From: Octopus sinensis
Taxonomy: Eukaryota
Assembly: GCF_006345805.1 (NCBI RefSeq)
Contig: NC_043007.1
Location: forward strand, 23,312,001 to 23,376,000
Reading direction: 5' to 3'
DNA length: 64,000 bases
Shown here one piece after another: positions 11,304 to 24,505 of the stretch. The notes beneath the pieces are model-generated. The model was not told where the DNA came from. It did not search any database and saw only the letters and a list, made by a program, of their open reading frames with translations. The translations under genes were made by a program, and so were the position numbers. Within the stretch, counting starts at the first letter, position 1; each line of letters opens with the position of its first letter.

Positions 11304-12149
11304 CACCAGGTGGCTCCTGGATGTTGAGAAATTCAGTGGAATAATTCGTAGCTTATTTTGAGATCAAAAACTATCTGTAGCATGAAATTATTGGGTGATT
11401 TATCCATCGAACATATTGACAGCTTTATTGATTGGAACATCATTCGTGACTGAGACAGCTGAGTCGAATGTTGCAAAAGACTTTATTTATTGGTTAAATA
11501 AAAAAAAAACCTTTATCAAAACCTTGATATTATCAGAGATAATACCAGTATTATTATGCTCTCTCGCCGGCTCAATATGCACTTACAAAAAGAATCAATT
11601 GACATACACTATATCACACAACACAAAACAAAATTAGATAGGAAACCATTTATGAAAGATACATTTAGCTAATACAGTAATTCTCACAAAAAAACAGACG
11701 ATGAATGATTCAAGTAATACTAATAGCTCAGCAAAATTTTAAACTATGCATTCGAGTTGCATTCGTTATTCACAAAGCAAATATAAATAATCACTGACTG
11801 ATAATGTATGAATCTCACGCCTAAAAATTAAAATTCCGGTGATAATGTCAACAACAATTACATCAGCCCAGTTTGCTATGAAGAAGCAGAATCACTACAC
11901 ACACACACACGCACACACACACACACACACGCACGCACGCACACGTACACGCACGCGCGCACACACACATACACGCACACACACGCACAGGCTCGCATGC
12001 GCACTACACTGCATCAAAAGGTACATGTAGGTGTGGCAACGTTGATAAAAGCCGTTGCGATTTCGATGCAACACAATATGTGTGTGTGTGGGGGGTGTAC
12101 ACACACACACACACACACACACTCACACACATGTATATATATATGTATT

Positions 12150-12185
<36 letters not shown>

Positions 12186-12187
<2 letters not shown>

Positions 12188-12530
12188 GAATCTCTACTTG
12201 ACCTCACGAACATGCTCTTTATGGAGAAAATAGTGCTCGTGCTCCACCCAACAAGGGGAGAATGTCCTGGACCTCTGTTTTAAAAACAACACGGCACTCA
12301 TTCGTAATGTTGGGGTGACTCCGACGATTTTCTCGGATCATAACTTAATAGAACCAACAGTGTATGGTCTGCAGAAAACTACAGACATGCAGGCTACTAG
12401 AAGCACCCAACTCCTCTCCAGCCTGAACTTTCACAAAGCTGATTGGAAGAGTATCGTAAAAGAGGTCATGGAACATAACTGGTCAGCCAGTCTCTATACA
12501 GAAGACATTAATGTTGGAAATCGAAGTAGA
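12186..12530 (+). pseudogene. Fragment of the APE endonuclease domain of a CR1/Jockey-group LINE ORF2
   Basis: HPTRG/ENVLDLCF...TPTIFSDHNLIE...LNFHKADW with one frameshift; PTR..LDL and SDH motifs. Confidence 0.8.
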
Positions 12531-12909
12531 TAAAGTTATAAATATTCATTTCCAATCCGAGGGATTTTCAACCTAGGAGTTAGACGTTGTTAGTTATAGC
12601 TTTATCTCCTTCGGGTTCTGAAGTCAAAAACGATTTATTTCACGTCTCTGAAAGTTTCTTAATTCTTATGACATAAACATTGTGTATGTGTGTATGTATG
12701 TATGTGTGTGCATATGCTTGTGCGTGTGTGGAGGAAGAGAGAGAGAGGAGGAAAAGAGAGGGGGAAGAGAGAGAGGGGAGGAAGACATGTATACAACAGT
12801 ACGGAACCTATAGACTAAAATAACAACGAAACAGTATTATATTTATACTGAATAAAAGACAATATTTCAAATTCAGATTATATGTTCTTAGATGCATTTA
12901 ACAAGAGTG

Positions 12910-12958
12910 CAAAGTGGAAATATACAAAGTGGAAATATACAAAGTGGAAATTTACAAG
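12910..12958. repeat. 15-bp tandem repeat CAAAGTGGAAATATA x3
   Basis: Direct reading. Confidence 0.85.
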
Positions 12959-13112
12959 ATATAATAAAAATAATTTTATAAATCATAATAGCTGAACATA
13001 TAACATAGGTAATTGCATGTACCTCTAATACAGACCTCAACTATAACATCCCTAATTCTCGACAATAGATAAAGTTTTCGATGGGTGAAAATGGTTTGTT
13101 CATATATCGAAG

Positions 13113-13163
<51 letters not shown>

Positions 13164-13345
13164 TATATATATATACATATATATAATATATATATATTCT
13201 TTACCTAACCGTTTAATACAATAAATAAGTTAATTGCATTGCAATTAAAACATTTGTGTATTAAGAATTTGGGTATTATACCAACAGTATATTGAATAAA
13301 TATCCCTTAGTGGGTTGGATCCCTAACCCTTAACTTACTTAGTGG

Positions 13346-13412
<67 letters not shown>

Positions 13413-15050
13413 ATGTATATAATATTTTATTGTGACAACGAAATTCACATTATAGAGAATGTACAAACTCAGTAGAGAACGTTATCCAAAATAACGTATG
13501 AAACTTCCTTGTCAATTATCCAGAGGTAATTTTATATTGATTTTGCCAATGCTTGCTTTTGGCGGCTTTCATTTCTAGTGTATACCTTCAGATAACATGC
13601 CCTGGGTGAAAAAGCAACATATACGAATAATTTTTCGATATTTCATGAAAGAGTTTCTTTCGTTTCTGCTTTAAAACTTATATGATGTAATATTTACATA
13701 CCAAGTTTGGCTTCTTTCACTGGAAAGTTACGTAGTTTCCTAATAGAATTTGTTAATAAATACATCAAATTTTACACACATACTCATGGATATATATAAA
13801 AATGTGTGTGGTGGTGGTGGTGGTACCTGTGCATACACAGTATGCATAAAAACATGCATACGTCTTATTAAATTTCCTCCGTCTTTCTTTGAGAGAGCTA
13901 GCTGATAACGCATGCGTGTGTGTGTGCACGCGCGCATGCGTACGTGTGTATATAAAAATCAAAAGCGAAACCGAAGTATTAGAGAATTTATAATTAAGAT
14001 GTAGTTTTTCATTTCTCCTGTTTGACAAGAAAAATCTCATTAGAAGGCATGATCCAAATTCAATAGAGAACGTTATTCAATATGGTTGGTGTATTACATT
14101 TTTCTGTCTAAGAAACATGATTTTCATATGAAATAAGTGTCATAAGTTAAAATACTAGGGAAATGCTATACGAACGGTTTTAAAGAATTCTTTAAATAGT
14201 ATTTCTTTCATTAATCATTTATAACAATATTTACATGCCAAGTTCGGCTTCTTTCGGTAGAAGAAGTATCATTACAGGATCTGTTAACAAATGCATTAAT
14301 CACAACACACATACACATGCATGCATGTAGAAATGTTTCTGTTACATCATCTCCTACACGAGTTTTTGTAAAATACTGTTACTGGAGGGTCATTATGCCA
14401 ATAATAAACACACGTACTGGTTCTGTCTCACTTCTTTATTATCTATTTGGCAAATGGTTCACTAGCTTACAAGTTACCTAAGCAGTTGTTTGATTAATCG
14501 TTTGGTCAACCAAGCTGTCAATTGGGTTTGGCATCCCCTCTGTGCTCCAGGTGTCTTTCAGGTCTATCTCTCCCGCCCGAGATACATCCAAATGTGTTTC
14601 AAGACACGAGTCCACATCAAAGGTTTTGCAGACTAAATACAAGAACGAAACAATCTATTTCGAATATTTTAACTCCATTGGCTTTGGCCTCATTGCATTA
14701 TATTTATTCCCTTTTTCTATTTTTGTTAATCAAATTATACAGGCCATATTTGTTTGTGGTTTTTTACTCGTAAAATCCTGTCAACGGATGAAAGCAGGTT
14801 AAATATAAGTCAGTGCTTTACATTTTTCCAAAAGCATGGAAACTGAATTTTGTATGAAGTTTATTCTTAAATTCTTGAAATTATCTCCCCTTTATATCAA
14901 GAACCGCTCACAATTACCACTAAGTTTTCATTTCTGTCTCCAACTAAAAGTCATTTCAATTCATGGTGAATTTTTTGCGTACGTCATTCAAAACATCACC
15001 ACTACGCATTATGTCGTGTAACAGTGAGGACGGTAATTATGGAAAATTAA

Positions 15051-15468
15051 GGCGTCGAGCTGGCAGAACCGTTAGCACGTCGGGCGAAATGCTTAGCGTT
15101 ATTTCGGCTGCCGTTACGTTGTGAATTCAAATTCCGCCGAGGTCGACTTTGCTTTTCATCCTTTCGGGGTCGATAAATTAAGTACCAGTTAAGCACTGGG
15201 GTCGATATAATCGACTTAATACCTATGTCTGTCCATGTTTTTCCCCTCTATGTTTAGCCCCTTGTGGATAATATAGAAATGGGTATTTCGTCTGCCTTTA
15301 CGTTCTGAGTTCAAATTCCGCCGAAGTTGACTTTGCCTTTCATCCTTTCGGGGTCGATTAAATAAGTATCAGTTACGCACTGGGGTCGATATAATCGACT
15401 TAATTTGTGTGTCTGTCCTTGTTTATCCTCTCTGTGTTTAGCCCCTTGTGGGTAGTAAAGAAATAGGT
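15051..15468 (+). mobile_element. tRNA-derived SINE family B, dimer (one head, two body+tail units)
   Basis: Head GGCGTCGAGCTGGCAGAACCGTTAGCACG; about 180-bp unit repeated; flanking GGTAATTAT duplication. Confidence 0.9.
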
Positions 15469-15981
15469 AATTATACCAAAAGTCAAGGCTGTGTTAATCC
15501 AGTAAATATATCATGTGACTGTATGGACATGTTACTAGAATAGCTATAAAAAAAAAAAGAAACAGGGAAACGTCTATGCATGTGTGTATTTGGTTGTGAA
15601 TGTGTCATTGTGAGTCTGCACTACAGTTGTGTAATGTCTTCGTGATTTACCTGTCAGTGGATGTATGTTTAATGTATTGTTATTGCCGATTCGGTATTGG
15701 ACAATTATCAGCCCTACCGTTACGTGACATAATACGTGGTCATAATGCGCAAATTGTCACTAATGAAGTGACATGACACATCCAGTCGAGGATCAGCACT
15801 AACTTTTGGCACAAATGCAATCATGCGCACCTAATGTGCGGACGTTATGGTAAAGTACCCAAATGCTACAGCTGACCGCGTCACCATCTTCACAACCTAT
15901 AAAAAAATATATCTCATGGCAAGTTGAGCTTTAGACTAACTATAAAAAGAACCAAGTAACAAACTCAGGTTAGAACACGGT

Positions 15982-16135
15982 ATTCCGCCGAGGTTGACTT
16001 TGCCTTTCATCCTTTCGGGGTCGATAAATTAAGTACCAGTTACGCACTGGGGTCGATGTAATCGACTTAATCCCTTTGTCTGTTCTTGTTTGTCCTCTCT
16101 GTGTTTAGCCCCTTGTGGGTAATAAAGAAATAGGT
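15982..16135 (+). mobile_element. SINE B, 5'-truncated
   Basis: Core and tail match other B copies. Confidence 0.85.
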
Positions 16136-16188
16136 ATGTCTTTGTATCAAACTAATTCAACAGCATAAATTGCAGTGTATCTTCGATA

Positions 16189-16347
16189 GGCGTGGCTGTG
16201 TGGTAAGAAGCTTGCTTCGCAACAACATGGTTCCGGGTTCAAAGTGCCACTCCATGGCACTTTGCTCAATAGTCTTCTACCATAGCCTCCAGCAGACCAA
16301 AGCCTTGTGAGTGGTTTTGGTAGACGGAAACTGAAAGAAACCCGTCG

Positions 16348-16350
<3 letters not shown>
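16189..16350 (+). mobile_element. SINE A 5' half followed by (TG)n
   Basis: GGCGTGGCTGTGTGGTAAG...GACGGAAACTGAAAGAA. Confidence 0.85.
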
Positions 16351-16443
<93 letters not shown>

Positions 16444-16766
16444 GAGCGATTACTGTATATATAAACATGTAGAAACTGAATAGCTAGATCTTAGATTTCA
16501 CTATTGTTTCTTATATTTTACTGGATAGGAATTAATCATTGACGCTAATGACTATTATTATTATTTGTCTCAATTTGTTTACTAGAGTGAAATTTTAATT
16601 AAAAAATATTTTGCTTCATTGCATTATATACGTTGGCTCTTACTTAATCGTACACATCTGCTGAGATTGGAAAATATTCCCCAGCGCGTGGATGTAATTT
16701 CCATTGATTTATTTATTATATTAATTATGTTTAGCCACCACTTACATAAATATATGTATGCATGTG

Positions 16767-16802
<36 letters not shown>

Positions 16803-16833
16803 GGTGTGTGTGTGTGTGTGTGTGTGTGTACCT

Positions 16834-16864
<31 letters not shown>

Positions 16865-16909
16865 CGCATTTTTTCTCTCCTTGTTTCTCTCCTTGTTTTT
16901 TTCTGTGTA

Positions 16910-16947
16910 TCTTTCTGTCGAAGAGCGTAGGCTCGAAACGTAAAAGA
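16910..16947 (+). ncRNA. Minimal type I hammerhead ribozyme-like motif (Penelope-like element pLTR remnant)
   Basis: TCTTT-CTGTCGA-A-GAGC-GTAG-GCTC-GAAA-CGTA-AAAGA: 5-bp stem I, 4-bp stem II, ACGT palindromic stem III, GUA site; A6 replaced by U. Confidence 0.65.
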
Positions 16948-17044
16948 CTTTTTCTATTTCTATTCCTGAGCGCCATACTAATACATTTGTTTGTTTGTAC
17001 TCCACCTGCCTTCATCTTTTGTTTACTTTCGTAAACCTTCCCGT

Positions 17045-17079
<35 letters not shown>

Positions 17080-17114
17080 GAGAGAGAGAGAGAGAATGAG
17101 AGAGAGAGAGAGAG

Positions 17115-17195
<81 letters not shown>

Positions 17196-17402
17196 TTACC
17201 TGTTTGTGTGTATGTGGTATCTCAAACAGTATGGTTCCGGGTTTTCCTTCGTGACACCTTGTCTTCGAATTTATTCCCGGACCGACCAAAGCCTGGAGGG
17301 TGGATTTCGTAGACGGTAGCTAAAAGAAGCCTGTCACTCGTTGTACACACACATACACACACACAGACACACACACACACACACAGACACACACACACAC
17401 AC

Positions 17403-17436
<34 letters not shown>

Positions 17437-17604
17437 CATTGTATTCGTTTTTTTAATATTTTTTTTCTGAATTTGCTTTGCTCAGGTACATATATACAAC
17501 TCGAGTAAATAGTATGCAAACACTCACATACATGTATAAATACATACATACGTATGTATCTATACATACATACATACATATATCTGTGTGTGTATGCATA
17601 TGTT

Positions 17605-17636
<32 letters not shown>

Positions 17637-17694
17637 TGTATGTATGTATGTATGTATGTATCTATCTATATCTATCTATCTATCTATCTATCTA

Positions 17695-17739
<45 letters not shown>

Positions 17740-17932
17740 GTCTGTCTATCTATCTATCTATATGAAGCAAACCATATATTGTAATCTGCCGAATTCATTT
17801 ATTACCTGTGATATATATAATGAGACTGCTCAGTATCTGTGGCTGGGTTGTTATTTTAACTTGCCATGAAATGTTCTACGAATAGTCTGTTTGTTATGTT
17901 ACGGCACATTCATCTATATCGGTGCATATCTC

Positions 17933-18340
17933 TCTCTTTTTCTCTTTTTACTTGTTTCAGTCATTTTGACTGCGGCCATGCTGGTGCACCGCCTTTAATC
18001 GAGCAACTCGACCCCAGGACTTATTCTTTGTAAGCCCAGTACTTATTCTATCGGTCCCTTTAGCCGAACCGCTAAGTGACGGGGACATAAACACACCAGC
18101 ATCGGTTGTCAAGCAATGCTATGGGGACAAACACAGACACACAAACATACACGCACATACATATATATACATATATACGACGGGCTTCTTTCAGTTTCCG
18201 TCTACCAAATCCACTCACAAGGCATTGGTCGGCCCGAGGCTATAGAAGAAGACACTTTCCCAAGGTGCCACGCAGTGGGACTGAACCCGGAACCATGTGG
18301 TTCGTAAACAAGCTACTTACCACACAGCCACTCCTGCGCC
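17933..18340 (-). mobile_element. SINE A, full length
   Basis: Matches other A copies. Confidence 0.9.
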
Positions 18341-18669
18341 TACATACATACATATATCTGTGTGTGTATATATTTATATGTGCATATGTATACATATATA
18401 TTTATATGTGCACATATGTTTACAAACATATATTACATACATGTATGCATGAAGAACGATGTAACGTTGCATATGTATGGGACACCATACTGTTTCAATG
18501 AGACTGTTTGGCCCTCGGCGGTTTCTCAGTCGTGTACTACACTGTCATACTCACTACACACAAATGCTAGACGAGTGAAAAGTTTGATTTTAAGTGAGAA
18601 ATAGCTGTTCATACATCGAACTCATTCATTCTCACACAGTATGCCCCTTGATAGGATAAAGTCGAATGA

Positions 18670-18869
18670 ACAAAGCTCCCATGACTTTCGGAAACATTTT
18701 TTCACGCTCAGAGTTGCTGAAGCATGGAATAAACTGCCTGCGTCAGTTGTTGACTGCCATGACACTGCATCCTTTAAGGCCCTCATGCTTTCCGAAATCC
18801 GCCGAAACTACACCTGATTATATATACACTTTAGATGAGTTGTAGTGCACCTGAGCACTGTACACAATC

Positions 18870-18908
<39 letters not shown>
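18670..18908 (+). pseudogene. CR1 LINE extreme 3' end with (ATT)n tail
   Basis: 18680-18817 reads HDFRKHFFTLRVAEAWNKLPASVVDCHDTASFKALMLSEIRRNYT*, matching the CR1 C-terminal FF..RV...WN.LP motif. Confidence 0.85.
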
Positions 18909-18911
<3 letters not shown>

Positions 18912-19474
18912 AAAAAGGAAACAGGAGATTTCCAAAGTGGTTGAAGAGGTCACACGTCCTCTCAATACCATCTAATCTGCTGTGTGCACAGGTCATAAAT
19001 TATCATACGTCTTCTAGTCTACCATCGTGGTATGTTTTTTTACCTACACCACTTGCCCCTACTGGTCTCATGCCGCCAAATTCGAAGCTGAGGAGATGAG
19101 GGTTACTTATTCCTTCCTTGCTTCGTTTGAATTGAATATACGTCTGAAATACATGCACATATTTAACGTGGCTCTGCATTCATCCGACCTGTCATAGGTC
19201 TTGTCTTACATTCTGCTGTGTATCGAGAAGCACTCCGCTCATCAAATACGCTCTGAGATTGTTGTCCTGGTTTACACACACGCACACATATTGTATTTGT
19301 GTATACTGTGTGTGTGTGTGTGTGTGTGTATGTGTGTGTGTGTAAAATATACAAATATACATATACAAATGGCGGTGCCCCAGCATGGCCACAGCTCATG
19401 AGCTGAAACTAGAATCAAAAAATCAAAATCATATATACAGTATGTATGCATAAGTATATATATATGTATGTATA

Positions 19475-19706
19475 TATTTCTTTACTGCCCAGAAGGGGCT
19501 AAACATAGAGGGGACAAACAAGGACATACGAAGGGATTGAGTCGATTATATCGACCCCAGTGTGAAACTGGTACTTTATTTATCGACCCCGAAAGAATGA
19601 AAGGCAAATTTGACCTCGGCGGAATTTGAACTCAGAACGTAACGACAGACGAAATACCGCTAAGCGCTTCGCCCGGTGCGCTAACGTGTCTGCCAGCTCG
19701 CCGCCT
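19475..19706 (-). mobile_element. SINE B monomer
   Basis: Head, core and tail on the minus strand. Confidence 0.88.
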
Positions 19707-19879
19707 TATGTATGTATGTATATGTATATATACATATATGTATATGTATGTATACATATATGCAGGTGTGTGCATATATGTATGCATGTATGTACGTATG
19801 TACGTATGTATATGTATGAATGTCTAGTTTTAACTTCGTCTATATTTTTATCATTTTTATTGATCAGACAGCTGCATTG

Positions 19880-20352
19880 GATTTAATTTAGGTGGTTGCA
19901 GATAAATTGCAATGGTTGTGGGTGTAGGTAACCAGTGTCATTGGCTTTCTTTTATTTCTTTCGTGATATTCGGTGTTTTCATTTAGTTATTGATATTATC
20001 ATCCTACTTTATTATTACTTTATAACTATCTTTTTTATTTTGTGTATTAATCTCGCATATATCGTTAATATATGTATATACGCACATACATATAAATATA
20101 TATAAAATATAGCGGCGTACGTACACTTTGGTTTCTTATATGTAGGTATATTATATATATCTAAATTTTGTATTATTCTTTCTATTCTTTCATTCGTTCA
20201 CACTTCGTTCATTCCACTCTTCCTTCTTTCGTTGCCCCTCTCTCACATTTCCTGGCCTTCTCTTCATGCTCACTTTCCCATCTCTTTCACTTCACTGTGT
20301 CTCTTTCATTTTTTCTTGCCCCTCCTTAATTCTTCTATCCCTCTGCTTCTAC

Positions 20353-20383
<31 letters not shown>

Positions 20384-20830
20384 TTCTCTTCTCTCCGCAC
20401 AAAGCCTGACCTTTTTTCTTGGTTCGACTACCATCCGTGCAATATCTATATTCCTCCATGTGCCTGCCAAACCTTATGTCCCTGCCGTAAGGCTGTATTT
20501 CAACACACGCCAGTTTAATTTAATTCGTCCTTAGTCGAAAGACACCTGTTGTTATGTCCTGTTAATTGCATTTGAATCTGTGTAACATTCCTCAGTTTTT
20601 TTCTGTCCTTGTTTTCGTATATATTCGCTGCTTTCTGCCAAGGAATCTAATGCTCTTAGTTTAGCTTTTCCTTAGGGCTGGCCTTATTGGATCAATCTCG
20701 AGTATAACCAGCCGAAATTGCAAAGATAATATGGAACTCAACTGAGGATAGAAAACTCCGAATGACCCGTCCTTGTTTTCTTTGTATCGTCTGTCTGGAT
20801 GTTTTGCGTTCTTGTTCCATTTTTATGTTA
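19880..20830. repeat. Unclassified interspersed-repeat remnant, possibly Penelope-like
   Basis: Non-simple sequence between microsatellites with a degenerate CTGAGGA...CGAA...GTC motif near 20750; class is a guess. Confidence 0.3.
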
Positions 20831-20919
20831 TACATATGTGTGTGTGTGTGTGTTTGTGTGTGTGTGCGCGCGCGCGTGTGTGTGTATTGCGTCTAGGGAG
20901 AGTCATAATGCTAGAATAT

Positions 20920-20956
20920 ATACATATACATATATATGTATACACATGTATATTTA

Positions 20957-21001
<45 letters not shown>

Positions 21002-21251
21002 ATATATATATATATATATATATATGTTCATATATGTATCCATATGTGTGTGTATATATATCTATTTATATACATATATTAATATACATGTATGCATATG
21101 TGTATATACGTATGTATGTATTAATATATATATATATAAATATATATATATATTAATACATACATACGTATATACACATATGCATACATGTATATTAATA
21201 TATGTATATAAATAGATATATATACACACACATATGGATACATATATGAAC

Positions 21252-21310
<59 letters not shown>

Positions 21311-21347
21311 TAAATATACATGTGTATACATATATATGTATATGTAT
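20920..21347. repeat. Near-perfect palindrome, arms about 214 bp, 2-nt centre at 21138-21139
   Basis: Left arm ...GTTCATATATGTATCCATATG...CGTATGTATGTATTAAT is mirrored as ATTAATACATACATACG...CATATGGATACATATATGAAC; only microsatellite lengths differ. Confidence 0.9.
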
Positions 21348-21355
21348 GTATATAC

Positions 21356-21390
<35 letters not shown>

Positions 21391-21976
21391 TGTATGTATG
21401 TATGTATGCATACACATACACACATACTTTTATACATGAATTTACAGATATATATTTATCACTATTGCCTGTCTGACGAGATGCGTTAATGCTGTCTATT
21501 TTATCTATACCATTTTATTAATGTGTCTTCCTATATGTTTTTAATATATTTCATATTCTTTTCCGGAATTCATTGTATTATATCCATTGTACAAAGACCA
21601 GAGTGCAACAGCAGAAAAAAAAAAAAAACAATACATAGACAACGCATTGAAAAGTTACAAATGTATAACGAAAAGATTTTGACAAATCTGTGCATAAGAA
21701 TGTCGACTACAAAATTCTTTCATCTCAGCTTGTAACCTTATCAATGATATATTACTCCTCGTGTACTTGGAAACTAATGAGGAATATATCTTTTACATTT
21801 AGTGTGTGTGTGTGTGTGCATGCATGTGTGTATGTGTGTGCATGCATGTGTGCGTGTGTGTGCATGCATGTGTGTATGTGTGTGTATGAGCCTGTGTCTC
21901 TGTATGTAATTTATAATTACAATGATAGTGTTATGTGCACTTTTGTGTATTATGACGAGTATTTTGAAAAAGATTA

Positions 21977-22158
21977 TAGTAATCTTTCGATTATCGCGGG
22001 TATTACTCCGCGATAGATCAAAATCCGCGAAGTAGAAACACTACTGTACTGTATATATTTTTTTTATTCTTATAATTTGTATAATAATCCAAAACAACGC
22101 CACGGAGGAATCGCCGTAAGCTTAAATAATAAAACCGCGATATAGCGAGGCATTACTG
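21977..22158. mobile_element. pogo/Tigger-like MITE
   Basis: Imperfect TIRs TAGTAATCTTTCGATTATCGCGG / CCGCGATATAGCGAGGCATTACTG flanked by TA. Confidence 0.6.
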
Positions 22159-22427
22159 TATTCTTATTTTATTCTTATTATCATTATTCCTCTTATTATT
22201 ATCATAAATATTAAAAAACTTTTTTTAATCACATCATGCAAGTTATAAAAATCTAATGACACAGGTCGATGGTTAGTACTATTACTTGGTACTTCAATAT
22301 TTCAGGGTCAGCACCCCTTCTTCAGGAAATTTATAGAGGAAAATCTTTAATAGCTTTGATATCAGCTGTCAACACATTTTACCCATAAAAATATTTATCT
22401 ATATCAGAAAAGTATACTACTCTGCAT

Positions 22428-22438
22428 CATTATTATTG

Positions 22439-22503
<65 letters not shown>

Positions 22504-22680
22504 CATCATTATTATTATTATTATTATTATCATTATTATTATTATTAAAATTATTATTATTATTATTATTATCATTATTATCATTATTATTATTATTACT
22601 ATTATTATTATTATCATCATCATTATTATCATTATTATTATCATTATTATTATTATTAAAATTATTATTATTATCATTAT

Positions 22681-22749
<69 letters not shown>

Positions 22750-22768
22750 GTAATAATGATAATAATTC
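22428..22768. repeat. (ATT)n then (AAT)n inverted microsatellite pair
   Basis: Strand switch at about 22683. Confidence 0.9.
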
Positions 22769-23097
22769 AATTTTATATTTTTCAGCTCTACACTTTGCCC
22801 GGTTAGTGAAGAAACAGGAGAGGATGAGTAAGTGTTGAAATGTTTTCAAATGTTTACTTTTCTGCTTTAATGTACTGCTACTACTACTACTACTGGTGAG
22901 ATTGTGATGATAAGATGATGATGATGATCGTTTCTTTTATCTGCTGCAAGGGTGTCAGATAAAAAGAACGGGTTACAGACCGTGTGTAGGGTTTACCTAA
23001 ATTGGGATGAAAATGGGTTAAGAAGATGATATAAAAAGAGTACATGGTATATAAATTCATAGATGGATGAGGCAGACCTCCTGATACAGGAGAACCT

Positions 23098-23937
23098 TAT
23101 CCTTAAACAAATCTTATTCAGGGACCTTGCGAGCGGGATGAGCTACTCGACCTGAAGAAAATTCTAACCTGCAATGTCATGCGCTATTTATCTTCAAGAG
23201 ATCACCGTGTCGCGCACACATGGTTGTAATGCATATACCTTGTGTACTCTTATCAGACGGGTAGCCATGATGGGTATATTGGGCTTCGTATATTTGTACA
23301 CAAGTGTCATTTTGATGGCATGCGCTGCTCTCTCACTCAATAATAATAATAATAATGATAATAATAATAATAATAATAAATGCCCTGATGCAGTACCAGG
23401 CAGTGGCTCTCATGGCTTCTGATCTTAACTGATTGGAAGTGTTATCATGTACATTGTTTTGTCTTTGGTATAAAAGATGGGCTACAGCAAATATTCTGCT
23501 CAATACCACAGATTTGCTTGTCAGTTGTTTGATCTTAACCAGTTGAGCATGTCCCTTAGTGGCTGACGATATGTGCATCTCTGATCACGAGCAGAAGTAG
23601 TGGAGGAGCATCATAGCCATGTGTTGAGAGGGATTCTTTGGGGTTTGAATAATTCACCTCTGGAAACATGGGTGGTTCTTTCAACATCCTTAAACAACCC
23701 TTATTCAGGGACCTTTTGAGCGGGATGGGCTACTCAACCTGAAGAAAATTCTAACTGCGCCCCACCTGCAAGGTCATGTGCTGTTTATCTTGATATGAGA
23801 TCACCACATCGCGCACATATGGTTGTGATGCATGTGCCTGGTGTACCCTTATCAGACGGGTAGTCATGATGGGTATATTGGGCTTCGTATATTTTACCCT
23901 AGTGTCACTTTGATGGCATGCACTGCTCTCTCACTCA
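23098..23937 (+). repeat. Unclassified about 560-bp repeat (family D): partial 3' copy 23098-23340, (AAT)n, then full copy 23380-23937
   Basis: The 3' about 240 bp is directly repeated; an inverted full copy lies at 34433-34990. Confidence 0.85.
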
Positions 23938-23956
23938 ATAATAATAATAATAATAA

Positions 23957-24160
23957 TAATGGTTTAAAATTTTTCCACACGGGTGAGGAGATGAGTCGAT
24001 TACATCGACACCAGTATTTCATTGGTACTTGATTTATCTACACCGAAAGGATGAGAGCAAAGTCGACCTCGGCAGAATTTGAACTCAGAACGCAGCGGGA
24101 GATGAAATACTGTTAAGTATTTCATCCGGCGTGCTAACGATTCTGTCGGCTCGCTGCCTC
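23957..24160 (-). mobile_element. SINE E, diverged
   Basis: B-type head and core on the minus strand; a further partial copy at about 24170-24297. Confidence 0.8.
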
Positions 24161-24297
24161 CTTTACTAATAAGAATGGTTTCAATTTGTGCCACAATGGC
24201 ATCAGTTTTTGGGGAGGGGACTAGTCGATTACATCGACCCCAGTGTTCGACTGGTACTTATTTTATCTACTCCAAAAGGACGAAAGGCAAAGGTGAC

Positions 24298-24505
24298 CCC
24301 AGCCCGAAGAAACATCTGGACATTTTAGAAACACTCTATATTTATGGTGTATTGCAAAAGTCGGCTTTACTTAGAACTGCTCGCATACTGCGTAAAGTAC
24401 TGTCTGTTTGAGGTCCTTGTTGTGACTCGACAGATAGTACAAACCCCTAGTACACAATATCTGCAATCTACATCACAGTATTCCATACTGTGCAGCGTCT
24501 TCTGT
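24298..24505 (+). pseudogene. R4/Dong-clade retrotransposon 3' end and UTR
   Basis: KKHLDILETLYIYGVLQKSALLRTARILRKVLSV* (stop ends at 24411), the LQK.ALL.TA.ILRKVL motif. Confidence 0.8.

Noticed and set aside
14491-14700. Two-pore K+ channel interpretation of the two SIGFG motifs
   Set aside because: The residues after GFG (I, L) and the pore-helix spacing do not fit K2P channels.
20740-20775. CTGAGGA...CGAAT...GTC hammerhead-like string
   Set aside because: A15.1 is missing and stems I and III do not pair, so it is too degenerate to claim.
23560-23760. CTGACGA and CTGAAGA words in family D as hammerhead cores
   Set aside because: I could not build a compatible GAAA with stems in type I, II or III topology.
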